64,000 nt of DNA from Polyangiaceae bacterium (GCA_050287085.1 JBNKBE010000002.1:192001-256000); one strand, 5' to 3'; shown: positions 8,508 to 17,815, counted from the first letter of the stretch. Notes: generated by a model not told the origin, from the sequence alone. A program made the numbers and translations.

Positions 8508-10709
8508 TCAGCCCTGGAAGCCGAGCCACTGGCCGCCCTGGTAGACGAGCAAGCTCGCGCTGTAGGCCAGAGTCGTCATGTAGCCCAATTGGAACATGGG
8601 CCAACGCCATGAGCGGGTTTCTCGTTTCACCACCGCGAGGGTGGAAACGCATTGGCAGGCGAGGGCAAAGAACACCAGAAGCGATGCACCCACCAAGGGC
8701 GGGTAGGCGGGGTTTCCATCCGGACGCCGCTCGCTTGCGAGCCTCTCGCGCAGCGGCGCGGAGTCTTCGTCCGCTTCTTCCAGACCGTAGACCAAGCCCA
8801 GCGTCGAGACGAAGACTTCGCGTGCCGAGAACGCTCCGATGATGCCCACGGTGAGTTTCCAGTCGAATCCGAGCGGTCGCATGATGGGCTCGAGCGCTTT
8901 TCCAACACGACCACCGTAGCTGGTCTCGATCGCTGTTGGCGGCTTCGGCGCGACTTGCTGCGCCACGGCATCGGGCATGGCCGGGGTCGCCGGAGCTTCG
9001 ACCGTCGGGCTTGCCACCCGTGGAAAGCTGAGCAGAAACCACAACACAATCGTCCAGGCGAGGATGACGGTGCCGGCTTCGGTGAGGAACTCCTTGGCGC
9101 GCAGCCAGGTCATGCGCGCCGTCACGCTGAGTTTGGGAGAGCGATAGCGGGGCAACTCGAGCAGCAGCGGCATGTGTCGACCCCGCACGACGGTGCGGCC
9201 CAAGAGGCTGGCGGCAAGCAGCGTGGTTGCCGTGGAAAACAGGTACAACCCGATCATCAGAAGCCCTTGGATCGGGAGCCAGCCGTCGCTCTCGGAAGGG
9301 GGAAAGAGTGCCCCGATGATCAACGAGTACACGGGCAGACGCGCGGAGCACGACATCAGCGGAACGACCAGCATTGTGAGCAGCCGGTCTCGCTGCCGCT
9401 CCATGGTTCTCGTGGCCATGATGGCGGGTACGGCGCAGGCAAGCCCGGAGAGCATCGGTACGAATGCCTTGCCCTGCAAGCCCACCGAGCGCAGCACGCG
9501 ATCGACGAGGTAGGCGACGCGCGCCATATAGCCGCTATCCTCGAGCAGACCGATGAAGAGGAATAGCAGCATGATCTGGGGCAGAAATACCACCAGGTTA
9601 CCTACACCGCCCAGCACGCCTTCGATGAAAAGGGAACTAAGCAATGAGTCGGGAAGCTCAGCTCGGGCCAGAGTTTGTGCCGCACCCACCACATCTTCTA
9701 TCAATCCAACGAGCGGATCAGCCCAGCTGAACAGCGACTGGAACATCACCAACATGGTGCCTAAGAACGCAAGGGTTCCCCACACTGGATGTAGCAGGAC
9801 GGCGTCAAGTCGTTCGGTCCAAGGCGGTGGCGTTGGGCGCAAACTCTCGGAAGGGCGGATTCGTGTCAGACCGCTCTCGATGAAGTCGTAGCGGGCCTGG
9901 ACAATTGCGAGGTCGAGGTCGACGCCGGCCTGGCCCGCGTCCGCGAGTGCCTCGACACAAGCCTCTCTGAGTGTCTCGGGAACATGGAGCTCGTCGTCCT
10001 CTCCCAGGCTAAGCAACGCCCAGAGTGCCAGGGCTCTGTCGTGTTCGACGCTTCGGCGCCACGCGACGGGAAGTGAGACGGCCACGCGATCCATCGCCTC
10101 CCGTTCGGGACGCCCATAGTTCACCGGTGCGTCTCCCACTCGCACCTCGGCCAGAGCGTCCTCGATCGCCTGCTGCAGCTCTGCAACTCCCTCCCCACTT
10201 CGACCGTTCGAAGCGACGCAGGGAAGACCAAAGAGCCTTCCCACGTGCTCCGGATCTGGCGGGTCGGGCACTTCGTCCATCATCGTCAGGACCAACAAGG
10301 CCGGAACCTGAAACTCCACCAGCTGCAGTGTTAGGTACAGATTTCGGGCCAGTTGCCCGGCGTCGATCGCAACGATCGCCAGACTTGGGCGCGGGTTTCC
10401 GCTTAACCCCAAGACGGCTTGTAGGGCGACTTGCTCTTCGGGAGAGCGAGCGCATAGGGAGTAGGTTCCGGGGACGTCGACCAACTCGACGCAATCCCCA
10501 CAGGGCAGCTTCAAGCGAGTCGAGCGGCGCTCCACCGTGATTCCGGGGTAGTTGCCGACCTGAGCGTTTTGTCCCGTCAGCGCGTTGAATAGGGTCGTCT
10601 TGCCGACGTTGGGGTTGCCGACCAATACGACCGTTCTGGCCGCTACGGCGTCTCCGGTTAGGGATTCGACTAGCGAGCGTCGATCAGCGGGAAGTAACGC
10701 TTGTGTCAC
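8508..10709 (-). CDS. feoB: Ferrous iron transporter B
   Basis: GNPNVGKT, NYPGITVE and DVPGTYSL GTPase motifs; LEDSGYMARVA, CSARLPVY and AREVFVST gate motifs; 733 aa. Confidence 0.97.
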   Translation of the reverse strand: MTQALLPADRRSLVESLTGDAVAARTVVLVGNPNVGKTTLFNALTGQNAQVGNYPGITVERRSTRLKLPCGDCVELVDVPGTYSLCARSPEEQVALQAVLGLSGNPRPSLAIVAIDAGQLARNLYLTLQLVEFQVPALLVLTMMDEVPDPPDPEHVGRLFGLPCVASNGRSGEGVAELQQAIEDALAEVRVGDAPVNYGRPEREAMDRVAVSLPVAWRRSVEHDRALALWALLSLGEDDELHVPETLREACVEALADAGQAGVDLDLAIVQARYDFIESGLTRIRPSESLRPTPPPWTERLDAVLLHPVWGTLAFLGTMLVMFQSLFSWADPLVGLIEDVVGAAQTLARAELPDSLLSSLFIEGVLGGVGNLVVFLPQIMLLFLFIGLLEDSGYMARVAYLVDRVLRSVGLQGKAFVPMLSGLACAVPAIMATRTMERQRDRLLTMLVVPLMSCSARLPVYSLIIGALFPPSESDGWLPIQGLLMIGLYLFSTATTLLAASLLGRTVVRGRHMPLLLELPRYRSPKLSVTARMTWLRAKEFLTEAGTVILAWTIVLWFLLSFPRVASPTVEAPATPAMPDAVAQQVAPKPPTAIETSYGGRVGKALEPIMRPLGFDWKLTVGIIGAFSAREVFVSTLGLVYGLEEADEDSAPLRERLASERRPDGNPAYPPLVGASLLVFFALACQCVSTLAVVKRETRSWRWPMFQLGYMTTLAYSASLLVYQGGQWLGFQG

Positions 10710-10948
10710 GGAGTGTCCTGGGCCGCGAGCGCGCGCACGACGATTCCTTGAGCCTGACCTCGTCGGATCGAGAGGTTTGTATCGCGTGCTTCAATTTCCA
10801 GCGGGTCACCCATGGGTGCAATGCGCAGCACCCGCACACGGGTTCCCGGCAGCAACCCCAATTCCAGCAGACGTCGTCGGAAGGACCGCTCGCCACCGAC
10901 GCTTTCGATCAGCCATGCACTTCCAACACCTACGCGGTCCAACGTCAT
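10706..10948 (-). CDS. feoA: Ferrous iron transport protein A
   Basis: RRRLLELGLLPGTRVRVLRIAPMGDPLEI; 80 aa; overlaps the feoB start. Confidence 0.95.
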   Translation of the reverse strand: MTLDRVGVGSAWLIESVGGERSFRRRLLELGLLPGTRVRVLRIAPMGDPLEIEARDTNLSIRRGQAQGIVVRALAAQDTP

Positions 10949-10963
10949 GCGACTTGCTCTAGC

Positions 10964-10988
10964 TCAATGAAAACCAAATTCAAATTGA
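10964..10988. promoter_or_regulatory. Candidate Fur-box-like operator upstream of feoA
   Basis: AT-rich imperfect palindrome TCAATGAAAACCAAATTCAAATTGA, 15 bp upstream of the feoA ATG. Its core TGAAAAC-C-AAATTCA resembles the 7-1-7 Fur consensus TGATAAT-N-ATTATCA. Confidence 0.5.
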
Positions 10989-11072
10989 CGCGCCGGTCGT
11001 CTCTAAAAATGCCAGATTCCTCTGCAAAATGGCTTGCTTCTCAACCTTGGAGCACAAGAATGCAGCGCTCGC

Positions 11073-11156
11073 GGCCCCTTGGCGGAATTGGCAGACGCAG
11101 CGGATTTAAAATCCGCCGACCGCAAGGTTGTCCCGGTTCGAACCCGGGAGGGGCTA
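11073..11156 (+). tRNA. tRNA-Leu (anticodon TAA)
   Basis: Acceptor stem GGCCCCT/AGGGGCT plus discriminator A; D-arm TGGCGGAATTGGCAGACGC; anticodon stem GCGGA-TTTAAAA-TCCGC; long variable arm; T-arm CCCGG-TTCGAAC-CCGGG. CCA is not encoded. Confidence 0.96.
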
Positions 11157-11433
11157 CTTGCGGTAATGATTGAAGTTTTCGGTGTGGTATGGGACGCCAT
11201 CCGGCACCACGACCTCCCTTCCGGGCCTCCGGAGCTGGAGGCGAGCCCGCATCCCTTGCACCTGTTGAGCCGCGTGTTGCTCTGGAGGAGCGTCGGGCCG
11301 GTCAGGTTGTTTTCGTTGGCAAGTGTACCCACCGGCCGGCGGTGGGCACTACGGTGCTACCCCCTCCCGGCACGGTGAGGCACCAGGGCCATTGGTGCAA
11401 GGGTGCGCCTGGCTCAACTCAAAGGACAGCACG

Positions 11434-12081
11434 ATGTACGGTGGAATAACGCAAGGCCTGTTTCCGGTTACCCGTGTGGTTCGTCTCCCGGACTTGCTCA
11501 GCTACGAGGTGGAGCTTTCTGCCCCAATGGTTGAGGGGCTTGGCGTTGGGGCGAGTGTTGCCGTAAACGGGGTGTGCCAAACGGTCACAGCGATAGCGGG
11601 TGAACGTGTCAGCTTTGACGCCATTGTTGAGACCTTGCGCCTGACCAATCTGGGCGAGTTGGTCGTGGGCTCCAGGGTTAGTGTTGAGCGCTCGTTGCGC
11701 TTCGGTCAGGAGATCGGGGGCCACGAGCTCGCTGGCCATATTGTGGGAACCGGCACGGTTTGCGAAAGGCAGCACGCGGGTAACGACGTTTCGCTCTGGG
11801 TGTCGGTGCCGGCGGCGTGGGCGAAGTACATTTTGCCAAAGGGGTTCATCGCAGTCGAGGGCTCGAGCTTGACCGTGGGTCGTGTCAGCCGCGATGCGGG
11901 GCATGAGGCGATGATTCGTTTCTCGTTGCACTTGATCCCCGAGACGCTGCGCCTCACGCGTCTGGGAGACCTTGCGATCGGGTCCAAGGTGAACATCGAA
12001 CTCGATGCCCGTACGGTGGCGATCGTGGAAACAGTCGAGCGGGTACTAGCGCAGCGAGAGGCGGCGCTCGAACATGGTTAA
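11434..12081 (+). CDS. ribE: Riboflavin synthase (alpha-chain family)
   Basis: GASVAVNGVCQT, ETLRLTNLG, VERSL, GGHELAGHI, KGFIAVEGSSLT, LIPETL and VNIE motifs; AAGGA RBS. N-terminus is MYGGI instead of the usual MFTGI. Confidence 0.9.
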   Translation: MYGGITQGLFPVTRVVRLPDLLSYEVELSAPMVEGLGVGASVAVNGVCQTVTAIAGERVSFDAIVETLRLTNLGELVVGSRVSVERSLRFGQEIGGHELAGHIVGTGTVCERQHAGNDVSLWVSVPAAWAKYILPKGFIAVEGSSLTVGRVSRDAGHEAMIRFSLHLIPETLRLTRLGDLAIGSKVNIELDARTVAIVETVERVLAQREAALEHG

Positions 12082-12131
12082 GACTCCTCTGGCTTTGCAA
12101 CGACGTGGTTGCATAGGGATGAAGCAATCGT

Positions 12132-13319
12132 ATGGTTGAAACGACTAACTGGCAGGAGTCGAATCGTTTGCGGCTCATTGGGTCCTTTGGCTCAAATAAG
12201 GTCATGGCGGGCGAGCTCTCTCGACTGGTTCGGCGCGCAACCGACGACTGTCGCCTGCCCGAGCCAGCCAAACACGGCACGAGTTCGATCAGCTATCCCT
12301 TCATTCCGCAAGTTGCGGCGGTTGCGATGCGCTACCACCGAACCTGCGCACGCTTGCTCTGGGAGCTCGTGCGTTTGCGAGCGGGGCGACTGGAGCGCCT
12401 CTACGAGGCTCTTTCGGCCTGGGCTGAGCAGACCGATGCCGCTTTGCCGGAACAAGCAGGGATCAGCGTGACGGTGCAGCGGGTAGAGGACTTCCCGGCG
12501 GGTGAACGCCAAATCGTCGGCACCGTCAAGAACGCTCTCATCGACGGGATGAAACGGCGCGGGCGTGAGTGGCACCTGGCGCCGGAGCATCCCGACCTCT
12601 TGTTTGACGTACGCTACTGGGAAGAGGACGTGATCGTCAGCGTCGACCTGGCGGGGCGTGCCATGCATCAGCGCGGTTATCGCCACAGGAGTGGCGAGGC
12701 TCCGATCCGCGAAGACCTCGCTGCGATGCTCGTCATGTTGGCCAGGTTTGATGCGCGTTCGGAAGCGTTGATCGATCCGATGGCAGGGTCCGGGACCATC
12801 GGCATTGAAGCGGCCGCGATGGGGTCGGCACGTACCCTATGGTGTTCGGGGCGTGGACCCTTGGGCGCCAATCTGCCGCAGCTCGCGCCCCTGCTGGCGA
12901 ATCGAGCTGAGCCGCTCTTTGCCGATACCCGGGCGCATGTATGGCTTCGCGACAACAACGAGGACATGTTAGCGCTGCAGGAGCGGAACGCCGATACGGC
13001 GGGCGTACTGAATCTTTGTGAACTGACCCTGGGACCCTTCCAGCAGTGGAATGCAACTCAACTCAAAGACCAGGTGGCCGCGGCTGGACTGAAGCGAGCC
13101 CTCATCTTGTCCAATCCGCCTTACGGAGTGCGTTTGGGAACCGACGAGCGTACACTTTATCGGGAACTGGGAAGCTGGTGTCGTCTGTTCCCCGGCTGGC
13201 GCGCAGCATTCATCGCCGTTGAGCCCGAGTTCGAGGCGCTCTTCGGGCAGCGGGCGCGGGTGAAGAAGCCGCTGCGCAACGGTCCGCTTCGCGCGACGTT
13301 CTACTGCTTCGATCTGTAG
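12132..13319 (+). CDS. THUMP-domain class I SAM-dependent RNA methyltransferase (RlmL/YpsC-like)
   Basis: VDLAGRAMHQRGYR...APIREDLAA, DPMAGSGT and NPPYG motifs. Confidence 0.88.
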   Translation: MVETTNWQESNRLRLIGSFGSNKVMAGELSRLVRRATDDCRLPEPAKHGTSSISYPFIPQVAAVAMRYHRTCARLLWELVRLRAGRLERLYEALSAWAEQTDAALPEQAGISVTVQRVEDFPAGERQIVGTVKNALIDGMKRRGREWHLAPEHPDLLFDVRYWEEDVIVSVDLAGRAMHQRGYRHRSGEAPIREDLAAMLVMLARFDARSEALIDPMAGSGTIGIEAAAMGSARTLWCSGRGPLGANLPQLAPLLANRAEPLFADTRAHVWLRDNNEDMLALQERNADTAGVLNLCELTLGPFQQWNATQLKDQVAAAGLKRALILSNPPYGVRLGTDERTLYRELGSWCRLFPGWRAAFIAVEPEFEALFGQRARVKKPLRNGPLRATFYCFDL

Positions 13320-13443
13320 CGAGAGCGCGCGCCGCATGAGCAAGCAGTCAAGCTCCAGTGAGCGGCTTGGAGCGAGGTCGTTGTCGCAGCACCGCGCCCG
13401 CCCGTGGAAGGCGCGCGTTGGAACTCGCCGTCAGGGGCGCGCT

Positions 13444-14247
13444 CTAGACGAAAGCGGGTACGGAAAAACGTTGCCCGTCGTCCAAACGCAGAGCCGTCAG
13501 CTGTTCACCCCAGGAGCACCCAGTGTCCAGCGCCTCGATGTTGGGCATCGGACAGCGGCCTTGGAGAGCTGCCCAATGACCGAAAAGGATACGACCACAT
13601 TGGACACGCAGGGGGTGCTCGAACCAGGGCTTCATCCCTGGGGGGCGCTGGTCGGGCGGACCTTTGTGCTTGAACTCCAGAGTGCCATCTTCTCGGCAGA
13701 ATCGCATCCGAGTGAAGACGTTGGTGATGGCGCGATTCTGCGCTTTCGAATCGTCACCCTCGCTGTAGCGCTTGGGTGAATTGCCGAATAGCTCGCGCAA
13801 GGAGTGCGCGGGGTCGAGGGCGCGAAGCGCTGCCTGTAGCTGATTGGCTCGGGAGAGCGTCTGTTCGAGAGTCCATCGCGGGTCGACGCCGGCATGCACC
13901 AGCAGGCAGTCGTGTTCGTAGATGGCGAGCGGCTGGTGACGCGCCCAATCCTGCAATTCCGCGGCGTCGTCCGCTCTTAGCAATGGCGCGAGCGTATCCT
14001 TATTCTTGGCCGCGCGGACCCCGTAGGCCACGGCTAGCCAGTGCAAGTCGTGGTTGCCGAGTACCATGCGGAAGCGCTTTCCGAGCGAGCGCAGGTAGCG
14101 CACGGTCTCAAGCGACTGTGGTCCGCGGTTGACGATGTCACCCGCGCTCCACAATTCATCTCGACTTGGGTCGAAGGCGATCTGCTTCAGCAGCCGCTGC
14201 AGCGGTTCGAAGCAGCCCTGAATGTCGCCGACTGCATAGGTCGCCAT
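13444..14247 (-). CDS. apaH: Symmetrical bis(5'-nucleosyl)-tetraphosphatase
   Basis: GDIQGC, GDIVNRGP, LGNHDLH, VHAG, FTRMR, FGHWAAL and LDTGC motifs. Confidence 0.96.
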   Translation of the reverse strand: MATYAVGDIQGCFEPLQRLLKQIAFDPSRDELWSAGDIVNRGPQSLETVRYLRSLGKRFRMVLGNHDLHWLAVAYGVRAAKNKDTLAPLLRADDAAELQDWARHQPLAIYEHDCLLVHAGVDPRWTLEQTLSRANQLQAALRALDPAHSLRELFGNSPKRYSEGDDSKAQNRAITNVFTRMRFCREDGTLEFKHKGPPDQRPPGMKPWFEHPLRVQCGRILFGHWAALQGRCPMPNIEALDTGCSWGEQLTALRLDDGQRFSVPAFV

Positions 14248-14299
14248 GGCTGTCTATAGAGAAGGCTTCGGGAGCGAGGTGTCGCACGTGCGAGGCTTC

Positions 14300-16162
14300 C
14301 TAGTCCGCATAGTAGCGCTGTCCCACGCGTCGGATGCCGGCCATCAGAGTTGCGAAATCACCGCTGCTCCGCAGGATGCTGGCGGTGTCGTCGTCCACGA
14401 ATACGAACGGCATATCCAAGATGAGCGACTCGCACCAGCGAGAGGCCAAGCGCAACATCGGCGTTATTGCGGTCTTGGGTTCGACCAGTTCGGCTCGCCA
14501 TAGATCCAGCAGCCACAAGCGTCCACTCGGATCGAGCTCGAAGCGATCTGCCGAAGCGTCAGGCAGTACTATTCCAAGCTGCGCCAGCGCCGCCAGCATA
14601 GTAACTCCGTCGAGCGCCAAGGTGAGAAGCTGGTCCTCCCCAAGCGTCGATGAGATTTGCAGACGTCCGGAGCTGGCGCTCTTGGCCAGATAGGCTACGT
14701 AGGGCCCGCGTCGGCTCGTGACGTTGGAGCTATACTCGGGCACGATGCCGGGAACCAAGGCGCGCTTGACGATATCGACGTGGCGGGAAAACTCCGCTGC
14801 GTCCGACTCCGTACCCACACGGACCCAAAGCCTTCGCTGGGTGCTCAGGCAAAATGCGGGTCTAAGCACCGCGGCATCCGTTTCAGTCTTGCGCCCGCTA
14901 CGACCGCGCAGCAATGCGATGCGACCGATACGGGGTGAACTGAGCCCCCGCAGCCAGAGGTGGGCCCGGGAGCGGACCTCTGGATTGTCGACAAGGCGTT
15001 CCAGTCGGGTCTTTGCCTGGGCGTCGTCGCCGTGTCGCAGCAAACCGCCGATGCGAAGCAGTTCGAGGTTGCCTCCGCGGGCGCTCCGGAGATCGAAGGT
15101 ACTCAATAGCTCGTCGATTTGTGTTCCCAGCGCGTGGGTTGCGGGGAGGTGCCGCAGCGCAAAGCGAAGCACTCGCTCCCGCACCAAGCTCGGCCGCCTA
15201 AGCAATTGCGCCGAGGCGTTTGCAAGAAGGCTTTCCAGGCCGGAAAGCACCCGCTCGTGCTGGTAGTCCCTGCCTGGGTTGTCGCCTCGGATCAAGAAGC
15301 GCATGGCCTGCGAGATGGCGCTTGCCTCCGCGCGGACCTCGCTGGGGAGCGAAGGCTCCCAGTCTTGGAAGCGACCTGCGAGCTGGTTGTGATCGAGCAG
15401 CAGAAGCAGCAGCGCGCAGCGGTCCTCGCTACGAATGGCGTCAACGGCCCGCTTAACAAGCGCGATGGTTGATTCGACGCTGAGGCCTTCGAGGTTGACT
15501 CTGCGCAGCGTCGGGGCGAGGGCGTCCAGGGGGCAGCTTTGCCCCAGGGCGGATGTTGCCTCCAGGTAAGCCTCAAGCACGGGTAGTGAGGGCAGGAAGC
15601 GACACACCTCTCCGGCCAGGTGGGCTTGCTGTTTCGTGTCGAGGCTTGCCAGTGCGCCGAGCACGTGTGGTTCGGTGACCTTGCTCAGCAAGTGCTCGCA
15701 AACGCCGCGGTGCGTCGGCTCCCTTTCGCCCGTGAGCAAGGCAAGCTCACTTTCACTCAGCTCGAGTTTGAACTCCGATTGGTATTCACGGACGATAGCG
15801 AGGTTACGTCGGAGTTCTTCAACTTCGTCCGCGGCCAGTGCGCTTTCGGCGCTGGGCTGTGTTGCGGGAGCGGGTTGGGTTGATGCCTTCTTCTTGCGAC
15901 GTCGCCGCCGCTTCTTCTTCTCACCGGCCTCAGCGGGAGCACTCGTGTCATCGGTGTTGGGGGGCGCCGCCTTGGGTTCGGCGTGTTCGGCGTGTTCGGC
16001 CCGTTCCGCTTGCGTGCCTGCTTCCGTTGCAAGGTCTGGCTTATCAACCCCCGGCGTCGGCGCGACCGTCTCGCTGGTTTCCTGCGTCACGCGCGCCTCG
16101 GCGGGGGGCGAAACAACCTCCCGTCCATCGGGCGCTACTATCTGACTCGGATCTTCCGGCAT
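14300..16162 (-). CDS. Hypothetical protein: disordered N-terminus, helical middle, C-terminal degenerate protein-kinase-like domain
   Basis: Long ORF co-oriented with apaH and the MepA gene. The C-terminal LAALAQLGIVLPD...FELDPSGRLWLLDLW resembles Hanks subdomains VI-VII. Confidence 0.7.
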   Translation of the reverse strand: MPEDPSQIVAPDGREVVSPPAEARVTQETSETVAPTPGVDKPDLATEAGTQAERAEHAEHAEPKAAPPNTDDTSAPAEAGEKKKRRRRRKKKASTQPAPATQPSAESALAADEVEELRRNLAIVREYQSEFKLELSESELALLTGEREPTHRGVCEHLLSKVTEPHVLGALASLDTKQQAHLAGEVCRFLPSLPVLEAYLEATSALGQSCPLDALAPTLRRVNLEGLSVESTIALVKRAVDAIRSEDRCALLLLLLDHNQLAGRFQDWEPSLPSEVRAEASAISQAMRFLIRGDNPGRDYQHERVLSGLESLLANASAQLLRRPSLVRERVLRFALRHLPATHALGTQIDELLSTFDLRSARGGNLELLRIGGLLRHGDDAQAKTRLERLVDNPEVRSRAHLWLRGLSSPRIGRIALLRGRSGRKTETDAAVLRPAFCLSTQRRLWVRVGTESDAAEFSRHVDIVKRALVPGIVPEYSSNVTSRRGPYVAYLAKSASSGRLQISSTLGEDQLLTLALDGVTMLAALAQLGIVLPDASADRFELDPSGRLWLLDLWRAELVEPKTAITPMLRLASRWCESLILDMPFVFVDDDTASILRSSGDFATLMAGIRRVGQRYYAD

Positions 16163-16268
16163 GAAGCCTCGATAGTCGAGGGATAGAGCGACTGTCAAAC
16201 GTCACTTCGTCGGACGTCGTTGTAGTCGGAGCCAAAACGGCGTCAGATTGGTTCAATGTCGCCCCGAG

Positions 16269-17204
16269 CTACGAGCGACATCGGCGCTGTGAGCTGGGGC
16301 AGGCCAGGCGCACGTGCAGGTGGTCGCGGTGTCCGGCAACGTGGCGAATCAAGGCTTCGTCGCTCCCCTCGGCGACCTGCAACCAAGCTGCCAGCTGGCT
16401 CTGAGACATCGCATCATGACCCTCGGCGTACGCGAGCAGCAATCGTTGGACGGACCGATCCATGAACATGACCTCAACGTCTGCGTGTTCGACCAGCAGT
16501 CGTAGTAAGCGCCAAGTAGCGCTTGCATCGAGGTTGTTCTTGTCGATGCGCTGCCAACTCACTTTGGACTTGCCATCCCACTGCGTGGGATAGCTTATAT
16601 CGACGTCGCGCCCGGATTGATGAGTCTTATGCGGTTCGAGAGGGCCGCCTCGCCGCGTTGACAAGTTGCCGATGAGGATCGGCTGCACTGATGGTGCGCT
16701 CGCGGCCCATGCACGCAGCACGCGGTCTAGCGATACTACGGTCTCCCGGGTGGCCCACGTCTTCCAGCGTTCGGCCGTAATCCTACGCCCCGGACCTTCG
16801 AGCATGGGCATTGCACCTGTGATCGAACCGTCGTGGGGGAGACCGATGGACTCGCTGGGCCTGTCGGTCGGTGTGTACACCACAACGCGCGTTTTGGGCT
16901 GAAGCGATTGCTCGGGATCGATCTTGGGGTTGAGGTCGATGATCTCTCGGTGATGCAGCTTATAGAGATTCGCCACATTGAGGAGAGTTCCGCCTCGTGC
17001 GACAGTGTACGAAGCTTGGACCCCATCCGGAGAGGACTGGGCCTCGGGAGCCGAAGGGGGTTGTGCCCGTTTCGCCTTATGGACCGCTTGCGGAGGCAGT
17101 GGGGCGTCGCCGGACTGCTCACAACCCCAGGCGAGCGCACCCAGCATCCCCAATCCAAGCAGCACGGCACGGCGGGCGGCCGCGCATGGGGGCTTCACGA
17201 GCAT
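16269..17204 (-). CDS. LysM + penicillin-insensitive murein endopeptidase (MepA family), probable lipoprotein
   Basis: ALAWG-C lipobox-like segment; YTVARGGTLLNVA (LysM); SIGLPHDGSI, HKTHQSGRDVD and HRDHLHVR zinc-ligand motifs. Confidence 0.85.
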   Translation of the reverse strand: MLVKPPCAAARRAVLLGLGMLGALAWGCEQSGDAPLPPQAVHKAKRAQPPSAPEAQSSPDGVQASYTVARGGTLLNVANLYKLHHREIIDLNPKIDPEQSLQPKTRVVVYTPTDRPSESIGLPHDGSITGAMPMLEGPGRRITAERWKTWATRETVVSLDRVLRAWAASAPSVQPILIGNLSTRRGGPLEPHKTHQSGRDVDISYPTQWDGKSKVSWQRIDKNNLDASATWRLLRLLVEHADVEVMFMDRSVQRLLLAYAEGHDAMSQSQLAAWLQVAEGSDEALIRHVAGHRDHLHVRLACPSSQRRCRS

Positions 17205-17396
17205 GAATAGCGACGCTACCCGCCCCCGCCTACGGACGCAAAAAATGTGCAATTTCGAGTTGCTGGCGCTGGGGCCTCCGGCTCGCCTCGAACTCCCTCT
17301 CACGCCGGGGAAAGCGGGTCATGGGACCGGCTTCGCTATTGGCGCGTCGGAGGTCTTCCCGGACAAGCCGAGTCGGTCGTAGTACAACGGTACATC

Positions 17397-17741
17397 ATGC
17401 TGGAATGGGTGGACGAAGGCGGCGGGGTGGTTGTTGTCAGCGTGCCGGCGCGCGTGGACGTGAGCAATACGCGTGCGCTCGTCGATGTCGTGGTCGCGCG
17501 GGTCGACGCGGGACTGGATCGCGTTGTCTTGGACTTTGAGCACACCCAGATGATCGACTCCACGGCGTTGGGAGCGCTGGTGCAGATTCTCAAGTCGCTC
17601 GGGCCTCGGGGAGGCAGCCTGGCCCTTGCCCATGTGGGTGAAAGCATCCATCGCTTGTTTTCTCTCACCCGTCTTGACGGTGTGTTTACCTTGGTGCCGA
17701 CGAGAGCGGAAGCCGTCGCGTTGCTCCGGCCGAAGGCGTGA
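17397..17741 (+). CDS. STAS-domain protein (anti-sigma-factor antagonist)
   Basis: VVLDFEHTQMIDSTALGALV with the phosphorylatable Ser, and LFSLTRLD; about 114 aa. Confidence 0.88.
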   Translation: MLEWVDEGGGVVVVSVPARVDVSNTRALVDVVVARVDAGLDRVVLDFEHTQMIDSTALGALVQILKSLGPRGGSLALAHVGESIHRLFSLTRLDGVFTLVPTRAEAVALLRPKA

Positions 17742-17815
17742 GGTCGGGCTGGTAGCCGCCGAGAAGATACGAAAACCGCTCGCAATTGCTTTCACGAAGG
17801 CAGAAGCTCACGCCC

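Noticed and set aside
10270..10295. FeoB G4 motif reads TMMD rather than NMxD
   Set aside because: It is a single substitution in an otherwise intact FeoB, and G4 is known to vary in this family.
11073..11156. bldA-like regulation by a rare TTA codon via tRNA-Leu(TAA)
   Set aside because: In-frame TTA codons occur in several ordinary genes here (receiver at 2070, the sigma-54 regulator, gspD codon 7, gspL, gspN), so TTA does not look restricted as in Streptomyces. Genome-wide codon counts would be needed to revive the idea.
11157..11433. FMN riboswitch upstream of riboflavin synthase, or an integrative element at the tRNA
   Set aside because: I could not find the conserved RFN segments (e.g. 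AGGGCGGGGTGAAATTCCC), an integrase, or a duplicated tRNA 3' end.
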